From the NCBI GenBank assembly GCA_052344885.1, contig DAWDYI010000002.1:1546-65545 (forward strand): 64,000 nt of DNA. Direction: 5' to 3'. Of the stretch, positions 1-8,346 are shown one piece after another. This DNA is from Collinsella aerofaciens. Its GTDB lineage: Bacteria; Actinomycetota; Coriobacteriia; Coriobacteriales; Coriobacteriaceae. The position numbers and the translations under genes are program-made. Under the pieces are notes generated by a model, which was not told where the DNA came from, did not search any database, and worked only from the letters and a program-made list of their open reading frames with translations. Each line of letters opens with the position of its first letter. Within the stretch, counting starts at the first letter, position 1.

Positions 1-1059
1 CCACTGCTCGCGAGATGCCTCAACCATATCGCCGGCACCGCACTCAATAAGCTGCACCTTCTCCACGCCAGTAGCCATTTCAAGAATATGTTCAAGCGTG
101 TCATCAATCTCTTGAACAGCGACCATTCCCTCAGAGTCACCACGAGTCAGACGATAAACACGAAGGGTCTCAAAAATACCGGGATAAACTGTGAACTTAT
201 CGAAATCCACCATGGTGCAAACGGTGTCAAGATGCATGTAAGCATAGCCGTTGGGGATTTTAATAGCGTAAACGGTATCGATCTCAGAATTCCCAGATCC
301 CCAGAACAAATTCTTTGCAAGCTCCTCAATCGCAGCCGCCTCAGTTCGCTGGCTAATTCCAATAGCCAAGGTATGAGCGTTAATGTTAAGCACATCACCG
401 CCCTCGATATGCCAGGGATTCTTATGGTCGTACCAAATCGGAGTCCCTACATAATCGGGATGGTATTTGAAAATCGCTTCATAGAAGGGCACTTCACGAT
501 CTCGCTGTTTCCAATACATATGGTGAAGCAGAACGCCTTTGCCCACGGAAGCAAGAGGATCGCGAGAGAAATACGAGCTCGGAAGAGGCTTCAACACCAA
601 ATCATCGGGCTTCGCATCCTCATTATCCATCATACTAAGCGTAGTCGAGACGCGAGGCAGCTCAAGGTCACGATAACGATACCCCCCCATAGCCTCAAGT
701 ACAAACTGATACGAATCTGAAATAGCGTCGAGCTTTTCACGAACAGCCTGCTCAAGCAGAGGATTGACAATCCCGCTCTCAGCCATAAATGTATCGGTAA
801 ACTCAGCGCGAGCCGAGGGGCATGCATCCAGCGCCTCAGCAACGAGTTTCTCCATATAGAGAACCTCAACACCTTCGCTCCTCAGAAGATCCGCAAAGGC
901 ATCATGCTCCTTTTGAGCCACATCAAGATAGAAACAGTCGTGAATCCAGACATCCTCGAACTCTTCCGCCTTTACGTTCACAAGGTCACGACCGGGGCGG
1001 TGAAGCACAACTTTCTTGAGCTTACCAATCTCGCTGTGTACATTCAGTCCTTTAGACAT
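1..1059 (-). CDS. arcA: Arginine deiminase, partial (C-terminus lies outside the window)
   Basis: Absent from the ORF track because the frame is open to the window edge. My translation from ATG (cat at 1057-1059) reads MSKGLNVHSEIGKLKKVVLHRPGRDLVNV... ADI signatures are present: YFSRDP, HIEGGD, MHLDTV. All 353 codons down to position 1 are open. Confidence 0.9.
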   Translation of the reverse strand, partial: MSKGLNVHSEIGKLKKVVLHRPGRDLVNVKAEEFEDVWIHDCFYLDVAQKEHDAFADLLRSEGVEVLYMEKLVAEALDACPSARAEFTDTFMAESGIVNPLLEQAVREKLDAISDSYQFVLEAMGGYRYRDLELPRVSTTLSMMDNEDAKPDDLVLKPLPSSYFSRDPLASVGKGVLLHHMYWKQRDREVPFYEAIFKYHPDYVGTPIWYDHKNPWHIEGGDVLNINAHTLAIGISQRTEAAAIEELAKNLFWGSGNSEIDTVYAIKIPNGYAYMHLDTVCTMVDFDKFTVYPGIFETLRVYRLTRGDSEGMVAVQEIDDTLEHILEMATGVEKVQLIECGAGDMVEASREQW

Positions 1060-1087
1060 TCCTGTTACTCCATTTCAGCCATGAAAC

Positions 1088-2530
1088 CTACAGGGCAATA
1101 AGTCCCGAGATTGCTACGAATACGATATTGATGAGCGACACGACCAAGAAGAATTTCCAAACGGTCTTCCACCACTGGCCAAGCTTGATCTTACACACGC
1201 CCAAACCCGCTACAAGAATGGCGCTAGTAGGACAGATCAAAGACATCGTCGCGCTACCCATGGAGAGAGCCCACACGGCAGCCTCGGGATTAAGGCCCAT
1301 GAGTTCGGTCAAAGGTCCAAAAATGGGAGCGGTCAGTGCTGCAAGGCCAGATGAGCTGGGAACCAGAATCGCCAGGAGGTTCTCAACCGCATAAAGAAGC
1401 GTAGTAAAGAGAACCGCCGGGATGCCGCCCAGACCAGTAGCGAGCGCATTGAGGATGGTATCAATGATCATGCCGTCAGAGGCAATGACAAGGATGCCAC
1501 GCGCAAGTCCAACGACAATTGCCGAGAAAGCAAAGTCAGCGATACCCGCAACAAATTCCTGAGCGATGACGTCCTGACTAAAGCCCGCAATAACACCAGC
1601 CAACAGGCCCATGGCCAAAAAGACCGCAGAAATCTCGTTCATATACCAGCCCTGGGTCACAAGTCCCCAGATGATAAGGCACATACCAGCGATAAATACC
1701 GCAAGCACGCCTTTTTGACGACCCGTAAATTCCGCGTCAAGGGCAGATTCATCGGCAGCGAACTCGACTTTCTTGGCGATATCATCCTCAAATGTGATCG
1801 ATGACTCAGGGTTCTTCTTTACCCTTCGTGCATGGAGGACAACCCAAGTAATTGCAACGGCGGTCAAAACAACCCAGGCAATCATACGCAGCCACAGCTG
1901 GGGGTTGCCCTGAATACCAAGAATACCTTGCGCAATGAGAACATTAAACGGATTAATCGTTGAGGCGATGTAACCCGTGCGCGCTCCAACGAACACGACC
2001 ATGAACGCCGTCATCGAGTCGAAGCCCATAGCCATCATAATTGGCATGAAGATCGCAAAGAACGGAAGAGTTTCTTCCGCCATGCCAAAGCTCGTTCCGC
2101 CCAATGCAAAGAGAACCATCGCAATAGGAATAATTAGAATGTCTTTGTTCTTAAAGCGGCGAACGACACGACCCATTCCGCTCGTGATAGCGCCCGTTTT
2201 AGTAATAACCTGAAACGAACCGCCCACAATCAAGATGAATGCAACGACCTCAATTGCCTCTTGTATACCGCGCGTTGGAGCCTGAAGAACATCGAAGACG
2301 CCTTGTCTGAGATCTACTTCATCCCCGGTTTCCTCGTCAATATATGTCTTTTCACTCTGCTCATACGTACCTGCGACAGTGACTTCACGACCGTTCACCT
2401 CCTGACGCTGATAGGACCCAGAGGGAACAATCCACGTGAGAACAGCGAAGATGACCATAAGTGCAAAGATGATCGCATATACGTGCGGGACCTTGAACTG
2501 CTTGATGCCTTTCGAACTTTCCGTTGCCAT
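1088..2530 (-). CDS. YfcC/DcuC-like anaerobic carrier; by context a putative arginine/ornithine exchanger
   Basis: 480-aa polytopic membrane protein with the YfcC-type N-terminus (KQFKVPHVYAIIFALMVIFAVLTWIVPSGSY). It sits 28 nt upstream of arcA on the same strand. Confidence 0.75.
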   Translation of the reverse strand: MATESSKGIKQFKVPHVYAIIFALMVIFAVLTWIVPSGSYQRQEVNGREVTVAGTYEQSEKTYIDEETGDEVDLRQGVFDVLQAPTRGIQEAIEVVAFILIVGGSFQVITKTGAITSGMGRVVRRFKNKDILIIPIAMVLFALGGTSFGMAEETLPFFAIFMPIMMAMGFDSMTAFMVVFVGARTGYIASTINPFNVLIAQGILGIQGNPQLWLRMIAWVVLTAVAITWVVLHARRVKKNPESSITFEDDIAKKVEFAADESALDAEFTGRQKGVLAVFIAGMCLIIWGLVTQGWYMNEISAVFLAMGLLAGVIAGFSQDVIAQEFVAGIADFAFSAIVVGLARGILVIASDGMIIDTILNALATGLGGIPAVLFTTLLYAVENLLAILVPSSSGLAALTAPIFGPLTELMGLNPEAAVWALSMGSATMSLICPTSAILVAGLGVCKIKLGQWWKTVWKFFLVVSLINIVFVAISGLIAL

Positions 2531-2656
2531 TTCTCCTCCTTCATTCCTTTTCCCATCTATCCAGCTGGCACCATAAATGTATGAGGTTGCTCAGCGTTGG
2601 TCGGCCAACCATCGCCATCGTGTCGCTTTTCACCTATGAACGGCAGCTAAAGTGAC

Positions 2657-2700
2657 GTTATTAATCAATCTGATTTTTAAAATTGATGTTATTTATCAAT
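2657..2700. promoter_or_regulatory. AT-rich direct and inverted repeats in the divergent arc promoter region (candidate operator)
   Basis: GTTATTAATCAAT (2657-2669) and GTTATTTATCAAT (2688-2700) are 31 bp apart. ATCAAT (2664-2669) and ATTGAT (2682-2687) form an inverted repeat between them. The site lies between the carrier gene (minus) and the second ADI (plus). Confidence 0.3.
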
Positions 2701-2783
2701 TACATACGTCTTTTAACTTTTCCGCAACACAACAAGGAACCTGCCTTAGCCTTATATAAAAACCAGCAGGACAGGAGACAGAC

Positions 2784-4034
2784 ATGCAAGGCGTACACAT
2801 AACAAATGAAATCGGTCATTTAAAAGCCGTACTTGTCCATCGACCTGGAGCTGAAACACAAAACTACCCTGATGCCGACTTCAGCCAAGTTTTCTCCCTG
2901 CGAAAATGGAGCGGTCGTTTTGACCTCGACAAAGCAATATATGAGCACGATTCCATGGTTCAATTGCTTAAGAAGCATGGCGTAGAAACCATTGAAATTA
3001 GGGACCTTCTCGAAGACTCACTTGAAACTGAGCCCCAATCACTTAAATATTTTATTGATGACTACCTCCGTTGCAGCGGAGCAACAGGCAGAGAGTTCCT
3101 CGAGACAATAACCCAGCTGTTTGAGAACGCTAAGAACACCCAGGAATTGGTGAATATAGTACTTAACGGCATTCGCTTTGGAGACACTGAGCTATGTTCA
3201 AACCAGTCGGAAACACTACGAGCGCTCGTGCACGAGCAATTTGACCCCGCCTCGCTCTTGGTCAATCCCCTCAACACGCTTTTTTTCACTCGTGATCCTG
3301 CTGTGGTAGTCGGAGACGGCATCATCCTAAATCATATGTATTGGCCTGAGCGTGATCGTGAGGTCGCCTTATACCGGCAGATATTCACCCACCACAAGAT
3401 CATGGGAGAAACCCCAGTATGTGATTTGAACAGGAGTAGTTACCATATCGAAGGCGGAGACATTCTTGTTATCAGTGCTAAGACAATTTTAGTTGGAATC
3501 TCTGACCGAACTGAACCCGCCGCCGTCGAGTCACTTGCAAAAGAGCTCCTGACCTCAAATAAATTCCAGACCACCGAGCTAATTGCGATTCGAGTCCCCT
3601 CTGACGGGCTGCGTATCCACCTCGATACGTTCATAAGTAGAATTGATCACGACGCGTTCCTCATCGATCGTGAGATATGCAATGCCGTTGATGCATACAG
3701 CATTCAACTAAAACGATCCGGAAAGGGCCTTACGATCACTCCTATCGATCGCACGATTCCGGAAATACTCTCTGCAGCCTGTTGCGAACCAATAAAAGTA
3801 ATTGACTGCGGAGGCGGGAATCAAACCGCCTACGAAAGAGAGCGCCGGAACAACGCAACGTCTATCCTTGCGCTCTCGCCAGGAAAACTATGCGTATATG
3901 AAGAAAACGTTTGGACCAACGAAGCGCTTGAGAAAGCAGGAATGGAATTATTCCCGTTATCCATTGACGAGCTCACCAAAGGCTATGGTGGCACAAACTG
4001 TCTATGCCTCCCCCTGTGGCGAGAGGATCTATAG
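2784..4034 (+). CDS. Arginine deiminase family protein (divergent second copy)
   Basis: 416 aa. EIGHLKAVLVHRPGAE N-terminus, FFTRDP, HIEGGD, IHLDTF and C-terminal GGTNCLCLPL (catalytic Cys context). More AT-rich than most of the window by eye. Confidence 0.8.
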   Translation: MQGVHITNEIGHLKAVLVHRPGAETQNYPDADFSQVFSLRKWSGRFDLDKAIYEHDSMVQLLKKHGVETIEIRDLLEDSLETEPQSLKYFIDDYLRCSGATGREFLETITQLFENAKNTQELVNIVLNGIRFGDTELCSNQSETLRALVHEQFDPASLLVNPLNTLFFTRDPAVVVGDGIILNHMYWPERDREVALYRQIFTHHKIMGETPVCDLNRSSYHIEGGDILVISAKTILVGISDRTEPAAVESLAKELLTSNKFQTTELIAIRVPSDGLRIHLDTFISRIDHDAFLIDREICNAVDAYSIQLKRSGKGLTITPIDRTIPEILSAACCEPIKVIDCGGGNQTAYERERRNNATSILALSPGKLCVYEENVWTNEALEKAGMELFPLSIDELTKGYGGTNCLCLPLWREDL

Positions 4035-4036
4035 CC

Positions 4037-4693
4037 ATGGGCTTCGGGGCAAATATTCGTAAACTCCGCACCATGGAGCATCTTGGTCAGGCGCAACTTG
4101 CAGAGATGTTGGGGGTATCTAAAGAGACCGTTTGTCGTTGGGAAAAAAGTCGGTATGCCCCCCGTGAGCGCCATATTGAAAAGTTACAAGCGCTCTTCGG
4201 TTGCACCCGCGATGAACTTGTTGGCGAGGAAAACGGTTTGGCCGTAAAGCTCGCAAATAAAAGAATCGTCACCGACGAAGACCCTGCTATCCACGAAATG
4301 GAGGGCGCATTTCCCGTCATCGATATCGAATCGCAAAAGCGCCGCATCACGCACAGCCAACAAAATGCTTGCGCGCCCGTAGACGTAGCCAAGCGTCACC
4401 CACATAGCGTTTTCGTTAAAATCAAAGGTGACGAAATGTCCCGCATTTACCCTCCCGGCAGCTTACTACTTGTCGATACCACCGCAAAGCCTTGGAACGG
4501 CTGTGCTGTATTGGCGCTCGCAGACGGTAAAACACCGGTAATTAGGCGATTTGCAGAAGGAAACGACATGATTGTGCTGTCGTCCCATTCATATGCAACA
4601 GCAAGTCCGGATCTGATGTTTAACAAACGGAGGATTAGAATCATAGGAGTCGTCGTTTGGTATCAAGCGAGCCACGATCACACGCTTAATTAA
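4037..4693 (+). CDS. XRE-family HTH regulator with a LexA/S24-peptidase-like C-terminal domain
   Basis: ATG at 4037 lies 2 nt after the ADI stop. HTH segment: IRKLRTMEHLGQAQLAEMLGVSKETVCRWEKS. The C-terminal half has the S24 fold pattern (VKIKGDEMSRIYPPGSLLLVD...VIRRF...IIGVVVW). Confidence 0.75.
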   Translation: MGFGANIRKLRTMEHLGQAQLAEMLGVSKETVCRWEKSRYAPRERHIEKLQALFGCTRDELVGEENGLAVKLANKRIVTDEDPAIHEMEGAFPVIDIESQKRRITHSQQNACAPVDVAKRHPHSVFVKIKGDEMSRIYPPGSLLLVDTTAKPWNGCAVLALADGKTPVIRRFAEGNDMIVLSSHSYATASPDLMFNKRRIRIIGVVVWYQASHDHTLN

Positions 4694-4753
4694 ATCGACT
4701 TTCCCAAAAACGACCGTACCGCACAGACAGCTCAAGGCCCCAGCCCAAATGAA

Positions 4754-5335
4754 CTACTTTTTGGCGGCTTTGCGCTCGTCGCGGATACGGGCGCGGTCCA
4801 TGGCCGCCTCGACAGCCGAGAAGCGGCAACCACAGTAGTTCTGCCGATACATGCCAAGCTCGCGCGAACGGCGTGTCGCCTCGGGGTAATACGGGCGAAA
4901 ATCGCGAATCACCGGGGTGAGACCGCGGGCGGCAGCCAGACGCTCCAACACATCATTGCAGGTTTCGAACAACTGGTACGGCGAGACGGCGAGCGTCGTG
5001 CCCACAAACTCAAACCCGCGCTCCTGGGCCACGCGGCACGCCTCGGCCAGACGCAGGGCATAGCACGCGCGACAGCGACGGGCTCGGTCGGCACCCAGCG
5101 GCGCCACGCCGGTCTCCCAGCGATCGCGGTCCTCCCCTGCCTCGATGAGCTCGATGTCGCCATCGGCACACCACCGGCGCAGCTCGTCCAAGCGGCGCTG
5201 CCATTCATCGCGCGGTTGAATATTGGGGTTGGTCCAGCAAATCGTGGGCTCAAACCCCTCCTCGCGCAGCAGGCGAACCGGCTCAAGCGAGCATGGTGCA
5301 CAGCACGCATGCAGCAACAACGACTTCATCGACAT
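4754..5335 (-). CDS. queH: Epoxyqueuosine reductase QueH (DUF208)
   Basis: MSMKSLLLHACCAPCS... with conserved Cys clusters (CRACY, YCGC). Start taken at the ATG at 5335; the longer track ORF (to 5506) is probably an upstream extension. Confidence 0.85.
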   Translation of the reverse strand: MSMKSLLLHACCAPCSLEPVRLLREEGFEPTICWTNPNIQPRDEWQRRLDELRRWCADGDIELIEAGEDRDRWETGVAPLGADRARRCRACYALRLAEACRVAQERGFEFVGTTLAVSPYQLFETCNDVLERLAAARGLTPVIRDFRPYYPEATRRSRELGMYRQNYCGCRFSAVEAAMDRARIRDERKAAKK

Positions 5336-5339
5336 CTCC

Positions 5340-5906
5340 TCACCCAAAAAAGCGCACGCCAAAGGACGTATCCTCGCAGGCGACAATGCGGCGGTCGCGC
5401 AAAATGGTCCGCACGTAATACCAATCGCCCACACAACCCGACAAATGCAAGCCGGCCGCCAGGTAGCACAGCAGCGGATAGCCCGAGAACGCAAATCCCA
5501 GGGCAAACGCCGCCGTCACAACAACCGTCGGCGCCAGGCAAACCGCCATGTACCGCCGGCGCGAATACACAACGCCCTCGGCGCAGGCATAGATCATCGC
5601 CGTCTCGCGATTCGCCCCAAAGGTCACCTTCGCGCCCGCAGGCGCCAGCAGCTTAAAAAACACACCGTGCACCAGCTCGTGCACGGCGAACGACGCCATT
5701 GAGATCGCAGCCAAGCCGACTATCCAGCCCACGACAGCCATCCAGCCGCCCGCGTCAGCCGCATCCAAGTCCGCAGGCCCACCCAGCAGCATAAACACCG
5801 GCACCAAGCACACGGCAAACACGCCGACTACGACCATCCCCCACACGAAGCAAGCGTGCAGAAAATCCTCGTCCTCAAACGCATGTATGTTGGAAATCTC
5901 ATTCAT
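5340..5906 (-). CDS. DUF3267-like membrane protein (putative zincin, HExxH)
   Basis: 188 aa with several TM helices and a HELVH motif. Its stop is 4 nt upstream of the queH start. Confidence 0.55.
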   Translation of the reverse strand: MNEISNIHAFEDEDFLHACFVWGMVVVGVFAVCLVPVFMLLGGPADLDAADAGGWMAVVGWIVGLAAISMASFAVHELVHGVFFKLLAPAGAKVTFGANRETAMIYACAEGVVYSRRRYMAVCLAPTVVVTAAFALGFAFSGYPLLCYLAAGLHLSGCVGDWYYVRTILRDRRIVACEDTSFGVRFFG

Positions 5907-6038
5907 AGCATCTTAGGATAGCGCCCCTGCCACGTACCCGTCCGCATGTGCGATAATGTCGAACGATATGCACGAATTGACCACCGCGTCGCCAAGCCTT
6001 GCGCCCGGCCGCGCTCTCACCATATGCGAAGGAGTCCC

Positions 6039-8189
6039 ATGGCATCAAAATACTCCATGAACGACCGTCCCAGCTGGCCTCGCCGCGCCATCGTTACCGC
6101 CGGCGAGCCCTACGGCAACAAGGGCCTTCACTTTGGCCACGTCGGCGGCGTCTTTGTCCCGGCCGACTTCTTCGCCCGCTTCCTGCGCGACCGTCTGGGC
6201 CGCGAGAACGTCATCTTCACCTCGGGCACCGACTGCTACGGCTCGCCCATCATGGAGAGCTACCGCAAGCTCAAGGAGAACGAGGGCTACGACAAGTCCA
6301 TTAACGAGTACGTCGAGTCCAATCACTCCCGCCAAGCAGCGACCCTCAACAACTACAACATCAGCTGCGATATCTACGGCGGCTCGGGCCTTGAGCCGGC
6401 TGCGCAGATTCACAACGAAGTGACCGCCGAGATTATCGAGCGCCTGCATGAGCAGGGCACCATCTCCAAGCGCTCCACGCTGCAGTTCTACGACGCCAAG
6501 GCCGACACGTTCCTCAACGGCCGCCAAGTGATCGGCCGCTGCCCCATCCAGGGCTGCAAGTCCGAGAAGGCCTATGCCGACGAGTGCGACCTGGGTCACC
6601 AGTTTGAGCCCGAGGAGCTCATCGCACCCAAGAGCCAGCTCACCGGCGAGGTGCCCGAGCTGCGCCCGGTCGACAACCTCTACTTCGACCTGCCGGCCTA
6701 CCTCGACTTTATGAAGACCTACACCGCCAAGCTCGCCCAGAACCCGCAGGTTCGTTCCGTGGTCTCCAAGACCATGGAGGAGTGGCTGCTGCCGGCCCAG
6801 CTCTATATCCAAAACAAGTTCCGCGAGGCCTTCGATGCCGTCGAGGACCAGCTGCCCGAGCACACCGTGCTGGAGCCCGAGGGAAACAAGAGCAGCTTTA
6901 CCGTCACCTTCCCCAGCTGGAAGGAGCGCGACGACGCCCATGCGGTGCTCGCCAACGGCGGCGTGCGCTTCCGCAGCGGCAAAGCGCTCGTGCCTTTCCG
7001 CATCACCGGCAACATCGACTGGGGCGTTCCGGTGCCCCAGGTCGACGGCGTTTCCGACGTCACCTGCTGGTGCTGGCCAGAGAGCCTGTGGGCGCCCATC
7101 AGCTATACGCGTACCGTGCTCGCGCGCGATGCCAAGGCCGCCGGCGTGACCGAGGGCGTCGCCGCCCAGGATGCCGCCCTCATGGGCGAGCCCGCTGCCG
7201 ACTCCACACAGGTGCCCGCGCCCACCTACCAGCACAGCTCGCTCGACTGGCGCGACTGGTGGTGCTCGGACGACGCACAGATCTACCAGTTTATCGGTCA
7301 GGACAACATCTACTTCTACTGCATCGCGCAGACCGCCATGTGGGAGGCCCTGGGCTGGGACCTCACGCAGAGCACCGTCAGCGCCTGCTACCACCTGCTC
7401 TACATGGGCAAAAAGGCCAGCTCGTCCTCGCAGACGCCTCCCCCGCCGGCAGACGACCTACTCAACCACTACACCTGCGAGCAGATGCGCGCGCACTGGC
7501 TGTCGCTCGGCCTGTCCGAAAAGCCGGTGAGCTTTAGCCCCAAGGCATACGACACGCGTGTGACCGGCAAGGACAAGGACGGCAACGAGGTGCGCGCCTG
7601 CGACGACAAGCGCGTTATCGATCCGGCCCTTAAGGAGAGCGCCCTTTTGACCGGCGTATTCAACCGTCTGGCCCGCAGCTGCTTCTACGGCGTCGCCGTC
7701 AAGGAAGGCGACGAGAGCCCCTATCGCAACGGCTGCATCCCCGCCGGTGCCGCCTCTGCCGCCGTGGTCGAGGCTGCCGAGCAGGCAGCTCTTGCCTTTG
7801 AGCAGGCCATGTACAAGTTCGAGACGCACCGCGCGCTTGCCGTGTGCGACGACTACCTGCGCGCCGCCAACAAGCGCTGGAGCGACGCCTCCAAGGCCGC
7901 CAACAAGCTCGAGGGCGACGAAGCAAACGCAGCGATGACGCAGGCCCTGGTTGATGCCTTTACCGAGCTGCGCGTGGCGACCGTCCTGATGCACGGTATC
8001 GTCCCGGCCGGCTGCGAACTCATCTGCGAGTACTTCGACGTCGATCCGGTCGCCTTCTTTAGCTGGGATAACATCTTTGCCTCCACGGACGAGTTCGTAG
8101 AGAGCCTGGGCGAGAAGCCCGGCGACCACCGCGTGAAGCCGCTGCCCCCGCGCTTCGACTTCTTCAGCAAGCACGAGAGCCAGTACTAA
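6039..8189 (+). CDS. metG: Class I aminoacyl-tRNA synthetase, methionyl-tRNA-synthetase-like
   Basis: ATG at 6039 follows GAAGGAG. Features: HIGH-type motif (GLHFGH), a MetRS-like zinc knuckle (CPIQGCKSEKAYADECDLGH), WAPISYT and FIGQDNIYFY segments. The KMSKS position reads KKASS (7410-7424). Confidence 0.65.
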   Translation: MASKYSMNDRPSWPRRAIVTAGEPYGNKGLHFGHVGGVFVPADFFARFLRDRLGRENVIFTSGTDCYGSPIMESYRKLKENEGYDKSINEYVESNHSRQAATLNNYNISCDIYGGSGLEPAAQIHNEVTAEIIERLHEQGTISKRSTLQFYDAKADTFLNGRQVIGRCPIQGCKSEKAYADECDLGHQFEPEELIAPKSQLTGEVPELRPVDNLYFDLPAYLDFMKTYTAKLAQNPQVRSVVSKTMEEWLLPAQLYIQNKFREAFDAVEDQLPEHTVLEPEGNKSSFTVTFPSWKERDDAHAVLANGGVRFRSGKALVPFRITGNIDWGVPVPQVDGVSDVTCWCWPESLWAPISYTRTVLARDAKAAGVTEGVAAQDAALMGEPAADSTQVPAPTYQHSSLDWRDWWCSDDAQIYQFIGQDNIYFYCIAQTAMWEALGWDLTQSTVSACYHLLYMGKKASSSSQTPPPPADDLLNHYTCEQMRAHWLSLGLSEKPVSFSPKAYDTRVTGKDKDGNEVRACDDKRVIDPALKESALLTGVFNRLARSCFYGVAVKEGDESPYRNGCIPAGAASAAVVEAAEQAALAFEQAMYKFETHRALAVCDDYLRAANKRWSDASKAANKLEGDEANAAMTQALVDAFTELRVATVLMHGIVPAGCELICEYFDVDPVAFFSWDNIFASTDEFVESLGEKPGDHRVKPLPPRFDFFSKHESQY

Positions 8190-8213
8190 AGCACGCTAGT
8201 AGCAACGCGCCCG

Positions 8214-8327
8214 GGAATGATTATTCTGGGACGGGGATTAAAAAATCATTCCCGGGCGCCACAGTACAGTCTTTTTGTGACGGGAGTCATGGAATGATTA
8301 TTTAATCCCCGTCCCAGAATAATCATT
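8214..8327. repeat. Two inverted copies of a 37-39 bp hairpin-forming unit (REP/BIME-like pair)
   Basis: Copy 1 is at 8214-8252 (GGAATGATTATTCTGGGACGGGGATTAAAAAATCATTCC). Copy 2 is at 8291-8327 in reverse orientation with one difference. 27-bp perfect arms lie at 8216-8242 and 8301-8327. A competing 16-bp perfect hairpin lies at 8207-8222 / 8244-8259. Confidence 0.8.
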
Positions 8328-8346
8328 TAGGTGGAAGGAAAGACGG

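Noticed and set aside
88-720. 210-aa plus-strand ORF at the left edge
   Set aside because: It lies entirely within the minus-strand arginine deiminase frame that is open to the window edge. The ADI translation is unambiguous and the plus-strand product has no recognisable features.
6045-7394. 449-aa minus-strand ORF inside the MetRS-like gene, and the similar 41513-43474 plus-strand ORF inside the NadE-like gene
   Set aside because: These are antisense high-GC artefacts. No motifs are present, and the opposite strands carry recognisable enzymes.
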